A stretch of 64,000 bases of DNA. Source: Nostoc sp. (GTDB lineage Bacteria; Cyanobacteriota; Cyanobacteriia; Cyanobacteriales; Nostocaceae). The notes under the pieces are model-generated. The model was not told where the DNA came from. It was given only the letters and a program-made list of their open reading frames with translations, and made no database searches. The position numbers and the translations under genes are program-made. The stretch is from assembly GCA_036918135.1 (NCBI GenBank), contig JBALDB010000033.1, forward strand, positions 1 through 64,000. Direction: 5' to 3'. This document shows, one piece after another, positions 28,017-39,200 of the stretch. Numbering within the stretch: the first letter of the stretch is position 1; each line of letters begins with the position of its first letter.

Positions 28017-28611
28017 TTTTATTCTCCTTGAGGTTGTAAAATCTCGATTGTGGCAGCTTGATTAACTGTTGATCTGCGATAAATTTAGTTACAAGTTGGT
28101 TACAAGCTTGATTCAACAGAGCAACTTGGGTTGTCGATTCTCTGTTACTGCTATATCTGGATGAGGTTTGGCGAAATATGCAGTTGACGTAGAGAAAATA
28201 TAGACCAATGCTGAAAAGCGCTAAAAACCGTATATTGCTCGCTGTTTCTCTTGCTAAAAATATAAAACAGCCGACTTCACCCGACTGACAAAAGCAAGTG
28301 CGATCGCCTAGGCTATTGAGCATAGATGTAAAACTAAAAATCCGGTTAAAACTTCATTTTCAGCTGAGGACTGGAAAATGAAATTAGTACCGCTACGCAA
28401 AAGTCAAAAGTCAAAAGTCAAATCCATTCCCAGTGTTGATTAATTTGTAGAAATAGAGGAAAGAGCCAGATCCTTCGTATGTAAGCGTAACCACCGAACC
28501 AACCTTTGCTTCAATCAAATTGCTGTACCATACGAAGTATTGGTTGCTGCTTCTAGATTGAATCAAGGCCTTGTATTGCGAATATACCTGACTTGCAATC
28601 CTAAGATAAAT

Positions 28612-30231
28612 TTATGGTAACTTTTCAACTTTTACATCAGCACAATTCCCCGCCTCATCGCAGGTTTTCCAGTTAAATGAATTATCAGGATTAAATTCAA
28701 TAATAAAATTGTCAGCAGCGTAATTGGGATATGGTGTTTGAGTACCAGGATATACAGGGTCAGAACCCAACAGTAATAAGCCTGTAGAAGATTGCTCCAA
28801 TTTGATGCTTTGCTCAACAATTTTAGTTTGATTTGTGTTTTTATCAAAAAATTTAGTTAGTATTGTCCCTGAATCACCTTTCATATTCAGGGTACTTTCG
28901 TAGACCACTTCAGAAAAGCTATACCGCAGTTTAAAATTTCCATAAATATCGTCAATACTTCTTGATGAAGTGCCAGGTGCTAGAGTTGCTAGTGGCGTAG
29001 GAGATTTTATAGATTGAGGTGGTGCATTCATACTGATCGATGAATCTATGGATTTCTTTGAAATCAAGGCTCCGAATGTAAGTGAAACCGATAAGAAACC
29101 TAGAATTGTTACGACACAACCTACTCTAATATATTTTCTACCAGAATTTTGTTGATGTTCAAATCTCGGATAAGTAAATGGTATTGCCGCCGGATGCTGA
29201 AAAATGACAGGTAGCCAATTAGCACAAGGATAATCTTTTTCCAATTCGTCTTTCAATCTTTGACGTGCATTCCTTACAGATAAATACAAAGATTCACCTT
29301 TTGAAAATAATCCGAGAAAAAACTTCAAAAATTCTTGCGCTACTTTGTCAGGTATCGCTTCTCGCATCACTATAACTTGGGGAATCTGTAAATCAGCTAA
29401 CTGCTGTGCTAATCCCAAGCCATCGCAAGAGTTAAAAATAGCTAACTGCAACCCTCCTTGAATTGCTTTTCTTAAGCCATTTTTTAATTCATCAATATTT
29501 AAACTATCATTTTGATTAATATAAATCTTTCCTGTCATACTTTCAGTATGGCTATGTCCCGCAAAAAACAAAATATCCCAATTTTTCTCCCAAAGTTGTT
29601 CGCTTATTTCACTGCGCTGAGGTTCATGGAGAAAGTAAACCTCAGCGTTGGGTAATTGTTGTAATAATTCACGGTCTTTCTTAATATCAATATCAGAGCT
29701 ATTACCTAAAATCGCTAGTATACGTACTTTGCTGATTTCTGGAAATGGAGGAAGGGGAGCATAATCTTGTCTCCCCAAAGCAATTTCTGCTTTAGGATAA
29801 CGTTCAAAAAAATCCCAGAGATGCCAAGGAAGTCGCATCAAAATATTATCTACCTGGAGAATTACCCTCACTTCATCAGATTTAGATAAGTTCTCCAGTA
29901 ATTTTTCTTTAACTGGACGAAACTCATTTGAATTCAACCAATTATTTAAACTATTACCCAACAAATCGGCAGCATTAAGACAATCTTGATAAACATCACC
30001 AAGATGTGTGAACTCTTGTGTCGCTGCATCTAGTCGTCGAGGAGTTCCTAAGCTTAGATAAATTGACCGCCAATCCTGATAATATTGACTAATTTCTGGG
30101 ATTGGAGGTAAATTACCATTAATTTCTGTGTGGAAAGGTTGACCTTCATCTCCTATCTGCAAAATTACACTGAACCCCTGGTCAAAATCCCCCTGATATG
30201 CCTTAAAAACCACTAACTTAGCCATTACCAT
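28612..30231 (-). CDS. Membrane-anchored CHAT protease with C-terminal extracytoplasmic domain
   Basis: 539 aa: CHAT FFAGHS / IFNSCDG, WLPVIFQ, TM (CVVTILGFLSVSLTFGALI), beta-rich C-terminal domain ending CDEAGNC. Confidence 0.88.
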   Translation of the reverse strand: MVMAKLVVFKAYQGDFDQGFSVILQIGDEGQPFHTEINGNLPPIPEISQYYQDWRSIYLSLGTPRRLDAATQEFTHLGDVYQDCLNAADLLGNSLNNWLNSNEFRPVKEKLLENLSKSDEVRVILQVDNILMRLPWHLWDFFERYPKAEIALGRQDYAPLPPFPEISKVRILAILGNSSDIDIKKDRELLQQLPNAEVYFLHEPQRSEISEQLWEKNWDILFFAGHSHTESMTGKIYINQNDSLNIDELKNGLRKAIQGGLQLAIFNSCDGLGLAQQLADLQIPQVIVMREAIPDKVAQEFLKFFLGLFSKGESLYLSVRNARQRLKDELEKDYPCANWLPVIFQHPAAIPFTYPRFEHQQNSGRKYIRVGCVVTILGFLSVSLTFGALISKKSIDSSISMNAPPQSIKSPTPLATLAPGTSSRSIDDIYGNFKLRYSFSEVVYESTLNMKGDSGTILTKFFDKNTNQTKIVEQSIKLEQSSTGLLLLGSDPVYPGTQTPYPNYAADNFIIEFNPDNSFNWKTCDEAGNCADVKVEKLP

Positions 30232-30255
30232 CCTCTACGAATAGTTACTAAAAAG

Positions 30256-31692
30256 TTAAAGTGGAAAATCTTTAGCAATACAGCTATCTCCTAGTGATAT
30301 TTTGACGCTAAATCTTTCTCCTCGTTTAGCACTAAACTTCTTTTGAATGGCTCTATCAGATTCTCTGGCAACAATTTCGCTGAAAATATTACCAGTTTCA
30401 TCTAACACCGTCATTCGACAACCAGGAGGTAAATATCTTTGACCTTCCATCGCATGAACTTGTACTAAAACAGCAACTTTACTATCACTTTTTTCTAAAA
30501 ACCCCACAATCAAAGCCAATGGATTACCAGCTAACTGCATTCCTAAATTACTACCTCGTTTAACTCCCACCGTAGAATTATCAGGGTCTATCATCCACAA
30601 ACTTGCAGCAGCAGTCCAACGAGTTTCTTCATTTTGTGTTGTTCGGATTAAATGAATTAGAGAATCAATTGTTTCTTTATCTTGATAACCAATTTCTCCT
30701 AATCTTTCAGCAGCAGTTTGTCTTTGTGCTTCATCTGAAGTATTTTTAATTTGCTCAATTAGGTTTTTTATCTGTTTTAAAGTTTTAGCATCAGGCTTTT
30801 TACTCAACCTTTCATTTCTAAAAGACCAATTGACTTGTGAAGTTGCAAATAATTCCTCTAATGTCCGCCAACCTGTATCGAATATATTCTCTAACCAACT
30901 TGATAGATTTATTGCTGCTTTTGTTGGTGTAACCACAGATGGAGTAATAGCGGATACTAATCCACGATTTCGATGTTCATATAGTTTCTGCCTCCATTCA
31001 TCATTTTCTAATAATGCTCCCCACTTTAAAAAATCTATATCCAAACGAGGCGAATAAGGAGAAGCTTGACTCAATTGTTTGATAATATTTTCTGCTTCGT
31101 TAGCTGATATTTTTGGCAGAGGTTGAATAGCTTCTCTTTGTTGTGGACATACTTCTAGCGAGACGATAAATGCATTAATATCTTGAACTAAATCATCTTT
31201 GAGTAAGGTATAAGTATGCTCAAAAGCATCATATTCTACCTGATTTTTCAAATCAAGATGTGTGGTAAAGCCCCAAATACAAAGGTTAAGTTCATCTGGA
31301 ATAATTTGTACGGCTAAATAATAATCAGCAGTAAATTTAGGAATATCCACCCATTCTTGAGCAACACAAAATTCTTGATTATCAATCGCTTCGCTGGGAA
31401 TTATAACAATGCGTTTATCCCCAAGAGAAAATGACGTACCATTTACAAATTCCCAAATATCTGGCGAACTCCAAGTTATAGGTTGGGATAAACCAAGCTC
31501 TTCTTTTAGCCATTCGCTCAAAATATTTTGACTGAGAAAATTGAGAAATGCATTCCAACGGGCTGCATCATTAGAGTATTTTTCTAGATGATTTACTTGC
31601 GACCATGCCTTTTCTTTGTCATTTTCTGAAAACTCTAAAATCACAGCTTTAGAATTATTATTGGTTAATTTGACTATGTTTTGCTCAAACAT
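30256..31692 (-). CDS. DUF1822 family protein with inserted HEAT-like repeats
   Basis: IWEFVNG, VAQEWVDIP..ADYYLAVQI, IWGFTTH, NLSSWLENIFDTGW, YLPPG, GERFSVKI; HEAT-like RQTAAERLGEI / RWTAAASLW. Confidence 0.85.
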   Translation of the reverse strand: MFEQNIVKLTNNNSKAVILEFSENDKEKAWSQVNHLEKYSNDAARWNAFLNFLSQNILSEWLKEELGLSQPITWSSPDIWEFVNGTSFSLGDKRIVIIPSEAIDNQEFCVAQEWVDIPKFTADYYLAVQIIPDELNLCIWGFTTHLDLKNQVEYDAFEHTYTLLKDDLVQDINAFIVSLEVCPQQREAIQPLPKISANEAENIIKQLSQASPYSPRLDIDFLKWGALLENDEWRQKLYEHRNRGLVSAITPSVVTPTKAAINLSSWLENIFDTGWRTLEELFATSQVNWSFRNERLSKKPDAKTLKQIKNLIEQIKNTSDEAQRQTAAERLGEIGYQDKETIDSLIHLIRTTQNEETRWTAAASLWMIDPDNSTVGVKRGSNLGMQLAGNPLALIVGFLEKSDSKVAVLVQVHAMEGQRYLPPGCRMTVLDETGNIFSEIVARESDRAIQKKFSAKRGERFSVKISLGDSCIAKDFPL

Positions 31693-31705
31693 GACTTTCC
31701 TCTCG

Positions 31706-33289
31706 TTAGTTTCCAAATGTGGCATAAGATGCGTTTTTTACCCATACATCAATAAAGGCAGAGATTCGCTGATTAGCTTCATCGATGAAGGCTAAGATTT
31801 TCTGTTGATCTGATTCAGAAGAATTAAGTGGTAAATCTCTTTGTACTTCTTCGGACAATTTTAAGTGTAGCTGCTGTTTTACGCCATCAATTCTTTCCTG
31901 CAAGGCTGATTCGAGAATATTCTTCAATTGCTCGCTTACTTCGTTTAATGGCAATTTCTGCCCATAGTGAAGCTTGAATATTTCTAAATTATCAGAATCT
32001 GATTGAGGAAAGTTAATAGTTAAAAATTCACTCAAATTCGACTTAAAATATTGCTCTAAACAAGCATCTATCGCCTGGGAAATCTCCTTAACTTTCTTAG
32101 GAGTAATATTTAATTTTTGTAAGCTCCATTTAACTACGTCTTCCAATATCAATTTTTTCGCTTTGCTGAGACGACGGGATACTTGACACTGTTCTATATT
32201 AAAAGCATAGCCAATATATTTTTGAGCTATAGATAACCCTAGCTCAAGCTGGAGCATTTTTTGCTCTTCTTGAGAAAGTTGATTGTAAGAATTAATGAAA
32301 ATGGTTTTAATTTCATTCCATTCCTGGTTTTGTAACTCTTCCTCCTCATAATCATCGAAATTATCAGCTTCTACAGTATCAGCCAAAGTTATCTGAGTCT
32401 CATCCGAAGGTTTTCCTAGAGGTTTATCTAGGGATTCTATAGTAGGTGAGATGTCATTACGTAAAGCTTTTACACAGGCGAAGAGTGATTTATTGAGTGT
32501 TTCGCTATTAATCGCTGTGTGATGTAAAGCTACTACACATGATTGGAGCCACTTATTACTTCTTCCACTATTAATTCCTTGTTGTGGCTTAGACAGTAAT
32601 TGATTATAACGATTAGCAATCGATTCAAGCTGTTCTTGATTTGCCCATTCTAACCGTTGAGCTCCGGTTAATTGTTTTGGTGTATAAATTTCCTTAAAGC
32701 AATACCAAGCCAAAAGACATTGAGATAATTGTTTATTTTTTTCTGTGTCTTTAATACCAGTATTTATTAAGGCTTCTCTGAGGAAAGTATGTGTGACAGC
32801 ACGCAACAATGCAGCATCAGAATACTTTTTTTTGGCTACACCTATATGAATAAATTCATAAATAACTGTTCCCAGTTTATATTGAGCAAATTTGGTGATG
32901 GAACCACGTTTTGAATCATATTTATCAAACAGTTTGGAGAATTTTTCTTGGTTGAGCAAGTTAATTCTAGCAACTTGGATCAAATCTAGCCAGGAATAAT
33001 TAAAGCTAGAATAATTTAGAGACTGTTTTTTAGCTACCCAATAAGCAGTTTCTTCTAAATAAGATGCCATATGTTTGTGTGCCAATAAATTTGGGTTTTG
33101 CTGCTTACTTTGTTCTAGCCAATACTGTATCCAAAATTCTTCACTATCTTCTTGTGTTAAATTATAATTTTTCTGGAAATTATCATTCAAATCACGGTCA
33201 CGCAACCAGCGAATGCTAGAACTTGTATTGCTATCAATACCTATAAAAGTTGTAAACTTTTCTGTTATTTTTATCCTTTGTGGTAACAT
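31706..33289 (-). CDS. Sigma-70-like (HetZ-related/ECF-like) factor
   Basis: LAHKHMASYLEETAYW (region-2-like), SLDKP, region-4 HTH LSIAQKYIG..IEQCQVSRRL, and a second region-4-like segment (KLHYGQKLPLNEVSEQL). Confidence 0.75.
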   Translation of the reverse strand: MLPQRIKITEKFTTFIGIDSNTSSSIRWLRDRDLNDNFQKNYNLTQEDSEEFWIQYWLEQSKQQNPNLLAHKHMASYLEETAYWVAKKQSLNYSSFNYSWLDLIQVARINLLNQEKFSKLFDKYDSKRGSITKFAQYKLGTVIYEFIHIGVAKKKYSDAALLRAVTHTFLREALINTGIKDTEKNKQLSQCLLAWYCFKEIYTPKQLTGAQRLEWANQEQLESIANRYNQLLSKPQQGINSGRSNKWLQSCVVALHHTAINSETLNKSLFACVKALRNDISPTIESLDKPLGKPSDETQITLADTVEADNFDDYEEEELQNQEWNEIKTIFINSYNQLSQEEQKMLQLELGLSIAQKYIGYAFNIEQCQVSRRLSKAKKLILEDVVKWSLQKLNITPKKVKEISQAIDACLEQYFKSNLSEFLTINFPQSDSDNLEIFKLHYGQKLPLNEVSEQLKNILESALQERIDGVKQQLHLKLSEEVQRDLPLNSSESDQQKILAFIDEANQRISAFIDVWVKNASYATFGN

Positions 33290-33449
33290 TATTTGTCTTC
33301 CTGTTGTTGATATCAAGCTTACTATTTTGAAATAACTTGCTCTTGAATAGGAAAGTTTTGCACAATATATTTGAAATGTTTCAGTTCAAATGATTGTTGG
33401 ATAATTTAATAAATATATACTTGTAATTTATCTACAACTATCCAACAAA

Positions 33450-34082
33450 TCATTTTTTAACTGAAGCAACAACATTCCAGAGTTTTTGCCAAACATTACT
33501 TGAACTGGAATGATTCTCAGTATCTGGTTGCTGAGTTGGAGATTCTGCTAAACTTTTGCGGCGGAGTAGTGCTTGTTCAATGTAAGTAATTGACCCTGGA
33601 TAGGTTTCTTCTAAATTCAATAGAAGTTTTTCTCCTATTTTTTCTTCAGCTGGGTCGATACCAGTATCTAAAATATTTTTTAATCTAGGCATGGCGATTT
33701 CGTCTACTATCATAACCAGAGCTTCTAAACATAATTCAAACTGTTTTTCTGTCAATATGCTATCCAGTAAGGGAAGCTCAACTGTTGCACAAATTTCTCT
33801 TCCCATCGGGTCATAACCCCAGCGCACCATATTGGTTTGCAAAGACAGATTCAGTAATGCTTTGAACAATACAGGTGCATGTGCATCATTGATATTTGTC
33901 AGCAGTTGCGGTGCTAGCATTTGCAAATATTCTCTTCCTTCGCCTAAACTAATTACAATCAAAAAATCCTCAACATTTTCAGTTTGAAATCCGGTGATAA
34001 TGCGTTGATTTTCTGCATCGACTTCATACTTTAAGTCGTTTTGTTGTAAGTAACTTGCAACTTGCTCTAGTGTTGCTGCCAT
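33450..34082 (-). CDS. YbjN-like domain protein
   Basis: 210 aa: TLEQVASYL..LKY, LLNLS...VRWGYDP..REI.ATVELPL. Confidence 0.6.
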   Translation of the reverse strand: MAATLEQVASYLQQNDLKYEVDAENQRIITGFQTENVEDFLIVISLGEGREYLQMLAPQLLTNINDAHAPVLFKALLNLSLQTNMVRWGYDPMGREICATVELPLLDSILTEKQFELCLEALVMIVDEIAMPRLKNILDTGIDPAEEKIGEKLLLNLEETYPGSITYIEQALLRRKSLAESPTQQPDTENHSSSSNVWQKLWNVVASVKK

Positions 34083-34158
34083 AAATGATCCATTTTGATT
34101 TACTATTGGCTGACATCAGTAGTTCTGGATAGGTTTTGAAATTTATGCAGGCTACAGT

Positions 34159-34363
34159 TTAATTAGACTCGCCAATTAAGGTAAAAGCAGCCCAGTTCTT
34201 GGGGTCTGGGTGTTTTTCCATCGTTTTCAGCATCGCCTGACGCAGTGCAGAGGCTTTATCATTGCTTTGCTGCAACCGTTGGTAAAATTCTGTCATCAGA
34301 GATGCGGTGGGAGCATCAGGTATCGACCATAGGGACACAATCACACTAGGTACACCTGCACTA
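34159..34363 (-). pseudogene. 3' fragment of a TPR-CHAT gene truncated by IS701
   Basis: SAGVPSVIVSLWSIPD...WAAFTLIGESN abuts the IS inverted repeat; the 5' part is not found on the other side of the IS. Confidence 0.85.
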
Positions 34364-34364
34364 A

Positions 34365-35813
34365 CCCTCTTCTGTCACTTTCCGGAATAAGCAAGTAGTT
34401 CAGGAGCTAAATTATCCAGAAGCATAATAGGGTTTAAATTGATTCATTGCTGCAATTAAATGATTGAATCCCAGTAACAAATGTGAATTAGGGAAAATAC
34501 TTAACCAGGGATAAATTAACCAAAATAGTAAAAGTGGTTGGATAATGAGACGCAGATTATTTAAAGCATTCTTCCATCCAGATTCATGGTTCCATTGCGG
34601 ATGGTTAGAAAAATCAACATCACTATTTTCTTGTGCGTCAGTCTCAAGTTGACGAGATTGATTTAAGCCTAAGAAGACTGGAGAATTTAAACTAATCATC
34701 GTGTAAACACAAAAAATAATCTCCCACCACCTCTCAATATGTTGGAAATTGGTGAAACGGTAATTTGTCCAGCCTAGCTCTTGTTTACACTGTCGAAATC
34801 CATATTCTACCCAGGTTCTTAATCCATATAAGTCACCTAAAGTTTTCTTGAGATTACCTTGCAGATTCGTCATCACGAAGGAGGTAGAGTTTTCCGGCAT
34901 GGTTTCTGGGTCAGTAGTTATTTCCCAGTAAGTTATGGCTCTTTTTTTACCATAAATTATTTCTCGTATATATCTGGTTTCTGATTTTTGATTGCTAAAT
35001 GTTCTCTCAAACTTACACCACTTATTTGCCCTAACGCTTTGCCCTGAAGGTAACCAGACTCCATGATTACTTCTAATTGCTACGACATAAGCTAATTCAT
35101 ATTCATTTAGTTTTTTAAGGAATTCGCTACTTTCACCATATAAACTATCTGCTAGTACTAGTTCAATATTAAAGCCTTCATTTATTAATTCTGTAATAAT
35201 TTCTGATGCTAACTCTATTTTGGTTTGATATTTATCTCCTGATTTGAGCGTCCCCTTCGGTTTAAATACTTTGAAACTTAATGGAAATGTTATATTGTCA
35301 CAAACTCCATAAGCATTGACTGACACTATTCAATTATCTATTTTTCCTACGCTCCCTAGATATTGTCTTGCTACATAATCTGTCTTTTTACCTTTTTTCC
35401 TATCTCCCGTTTCATCTATTACTACGGTTATCGCATGACCCTTTAATGCTTTCTTTAATTTATTTAATCTTCGGCTCTTTAATTTCTCTACTAACCAATC
35501 TGAATAGGCTATAAAATGATGTAATGACTGTGCCGAGTTTATACTTACTACTTTGGCTATTTCTGGTAATGATTTTCTTTTTATTGGTGAAATTATCCCT
35601 AAATGTAAATATTTGAAGCATTCATAATTTCTTACTTCTTTGAACAGGTCTTTGTACTCTGCACAATATTCATCTACGATCGCAACTGTTGGCTGGGCAT
35701 CCCTTGGCAGATGTTTCAGGATTTGTAATTCTACATCCATTGCTCTACTTACCTTGTAGAGTTTTATCTTTCCTTTATTCTATTCATTATATCCGGAAAG
35801 TGACAGAAGAGGG
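34365..35813 (-). mobile_element. IS701-family insertion sequence (1449 bp)
   Basis: Perfect 22-bp TIRs ccctcttctgtcactttccgga (34365-34386) and tccggaaagtgacagaagaggg (35792-35813) enclosing an IS701-type transposase. Confidence 0.9.
34412..35740 (-). pseudogene. IS701 DDE transposase with an in-frame nonsense codon
   Basis: VIDETGDRKKG..VARQYLGSVGKIDN*IVSVNAY, ADSLYG, RTWVEYGFRQCKQELG. The two ORFs are in the same frame, separated by TGA at 35330-35332. Confidence 0.85.
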
Positions 35814-36283
35814 GTAGTACCATTCTTCACTAGACCTCTTGCAAAAGCTCCCTAAGACCCTACCACCAGCCTCTAAGAGCCTGTTAGGGCAGACTTTGAT
35901 GTAAATCAAAGGCTCTTTGGGGTTCTTTTTTTGATTTATGTAAGAAGTCTACTGAGAGATTACTAACGCCACGCGATCGCAATCAGGCGGGCGCTTGCAC
36001 TATCGCATCTTGCTTAAGCAAGTTTAAGCAAATATCGCAGCCGATTCATGGCAGATAAGATTTTACACAATGCCTACAAGCGAGCGAATTGGAGTAGAGG
36101 TAATCAATACTCATTCGTTTAAGTATAAATAAAGTTAAATTGCTTTATGAGTCTATGCTGTAGCCATTCACCCCAAGATAAGTGAGGATTTTATTTTTTG
36201 CAAGTTTCTTGGGAAGAATAATCTATATGTGCTAGTTAAAGTCAAACTTTTGACAAGCAATCTTGATTATTGAGAACAGAACT

Positions 36284-39200
36284 ATGACAACAGCAATCGA
36301 TAGAATTTATAGTATTAGTGGCTATAAATTAATAGAAACACTTTATGAAGGTTCTAAAACCGAAGTCTATCGAGCCATTCGATTGGTAGATCTACAAGCT
36401 GTTGTCATTAAAATACTGCGAACAGAATACCCTACCTTCAACGAACTGTTGCAGTTCCGTAACCAATATACCATTGCCAAAAATTTAAATATTCCTAGTA
36501 TCGTCTGTCCTTATAGTCTGGAAGCATATCGTAATGGTTATGCTTTAGTAATGGAAGATTTTGGGGGAATTTCTCTAAGAGAATATACTAAAACCCAATC
36601 GCTAGAACTGGTGGAGTTTTTTACAATAGCTCTGCAACTTAGCGATATTCTCCATTCACTCCATCAAGAACGGGTAATCCATAAAGACATCAAACCCACG
36701 AATATTCTGATTAACCCGCAAACTAAACAAGTAAAACTCATCGATTTTAGTATTGCTTCTTTACTTCCTAGAGAAAGTCAGACTCTTATCAGTCCCAATG
36801 TTTTAGAAGGAACTCTCGCTTATTTATCTCCCGAACAAACTGGACGCATGAACCGAGGAATAGATTATCGTAGTGACTTTTATTCTTTGGGTGTGACATT
36901 TTTTGAACTCCTGACAGGACATTTACCCTTTGAGTCAGACGATCCAATGGAGTTGGTACATTGTCATATTGCCAAGCAACCACCACTTTTAAAGAATAAG
37001 GCACAGGGAGAAGAGATACCGCAAGTACTGTGCGATATTGTGATGAAGCTGATGGCTAAAAATGCCGAATACCGCTATCAAAGTGCTTTAGGGTTAAAAC
37101 ATGATTTAGAAACCTGTCTTTGGCAACTGAACGAAACAGGTAAGATTCAATACTTTCAAATTGGGCAACGGGATATTTGCGATCGCTTCCTGATCCCAGA
37201 AAAACTCTACGGTCGTGAAACCGAAGTTGCCACGCTTCTACAAGCCTTTGACCGCATCAGCGCTGGTAGTACAGAAATCATGCTAGTGGCAGGTTTCTCC
37301 GGTATTGGCAAAACAGCAGTCGTTAACGAAGTCCACAAGCCGATTGTGCGGCAGCGGGGTTACTTCATTAAAGGTAAATTCGATCAGTTCGGGCGCAACA
37401 TTCCTTTTTCGGCATTTGTGTTGGCATTGCGGGACTTGATGGGGCAATTACTGGCTGAAACAGATACGCAACTCAAGCAATGGCAGACTAAAATTCTTTC
37501 CGCCTTGGGCGAGAACGGGCAGGTGATTATTGAAGTCATTCCTGAACTCGAACGGATTATTGGCAAACAACCGCCTGCTGTAGAACTTTCTGGTAGTGCT
37601 GCTCAAAATCGCTTCCGTCTGCTGTTTGTAAAGTTTATTCAAGTACTCACAACCCCAGAACATCCTCTAGTGATTTTTCTGGACGATTTGCAATGGGCAG
37701 ACTCTGCATCGCTACAACTGATGCAACTGCTAATGAGTGAGACAGAAGCTGGCTATCTTTTGCTCATTGGTGCGTATCGAGATAATGAAGTTACCCCTGC
37801 CCATCCTCTGATGCTGACAATCAGTGACATTGCTAAAACAGCAGCGATTGTCAACACTATCACTCTAAATCCCCTCCAGCTATTTGACCTCAACCATTTA
37901 ATTGCCGATAGTCTCAGTTGTTCGCCAACACTAGCAGCACCCTTGACTGAATTGATATATCGGAAAACTAAAGGTAATCCTTTTTTCGTGACGCAATTTC
38001 TCAAAGCATTGTATGAAGAGGGATGGATTAGCTTTGATACTCAAAGAGGGTTTTGGCAAGCAGATATTGCTCAAATTCAAGCACTGACACTCACTGATGA
38101 TGTTGTTGAGTTTATGGTGCGTCAAATCCAGAAGTTACCCACCACCACCCAATCTGTCCTGAAACTAGCTGCCTGTATTGGTAACTGTTTTGACTTGGCA
38201 ACTCTTGCCATTGTTTATGAAAAATCCTTAACTGAGACTGCTGTAGACTTATGGAAAGCGCTGCAAGAGGGATTGATTTTACCAACCAGTGAGGTTTATA
38301 AGTTTTTCCAGAATGATAATAGCGGTGAATCATGCCAATTACTGATGAGCAGGGAGCAATTGCCTAACTATAAATTTCTGCACGATCGCGTCCAGCAAGC
38401 TGCCTACTCTCTAATCCCACAAGAGCAAAAACAAGTCACCCACCTGCAAATTGGGCAACTATTGCTGAGTCACACAACCGTTGCCCAACAAGATGAGAAA
38501 GTGTTTGAGATTGTCAACCAATTGAATATCGGTAAAAATCTCATCAGCGAGCAAACACAGCAGATTGAACTCGCCCAACTCAATCTCAAAGCCGGACGTA
38601 AAGCCAGAGCCGCTACTGCATATATAGCAGCATTTGAGTATTTCAACACAGGCATTGCTTTGTTGCCACCAAAACCATGGCAAACAGAGTATGAGTTAAC
38701 CTTGGTGCTTTACGAAGCTGCTACTGAAGCTGCTTATTTGAGCGGGAATCTAGAGCAGATGTCACAACTAGCGGCAGTTATATTAGAACAGGCTAGCACC
38801 TTGTTGGATCGGGTCAAGGTCTATGAAATCAAAATTCAAGCAGCTCAAGCCCAACATCAATTTCTCGAAGCAGTGCAGATTGCCTTGGAAATTCTGGAAC
38901 ATCTAGGAATCAGTTTTCCAAAACAACCTAGCGAATCGGATATTGCCCAGGCATGTGCGGTAACTAACTCAATTCTGGCAGATAGGCAAGCGTTAGATTT
39001 AATTGCTCTACCCCAGATGAGCGAACCGGAAAAGTTAGCCGCTATCAGAATTCTCGCTGGTGTCTCTTCTTGTGCCTATGTTGTAGCTCCAACTCTGTTA
39101 CCATTTCTAATCCTGGAGCAGGTAAATTTATCAGTTCAGTATGGCAATACTTCATACTCTACAAATGGTTATGCCTACTACGGACTGATGTTATGCGGAG

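Larger units (their letters stand above)
24614..34204. repeat. 48-bp direct repeat pair (CHAT 3' ends) at 24614-24661 and 34157-34204
   Basis: gtttaattagactcgccaattaaggtaaaagc(t/a)gcccagttcttgggg, one mismatch. Confidence 0.85.

Noticed and set aside
27934..28600. 129-aa ORF (27934-28323) and a short open stretch at about 28425-28600
   Set aside because: The first overlaps the better-supported 130-aa gene in another frame; the second lacks a start and looks like an unidentifiable gene fragment.
17360..33289. Type III-E CRISPR Craspase locus
   Set aside because: No Cas7-11 or array; the TPR-CHAT has an export-like leader. Craspase is used only as a mechanistic analogy.
35324..35335. Programmed frameshift between the two IS701 ORFs
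   Set aside because: Both ORFs are in the same frame separated by one TGA, so it is a nonsense mutation.
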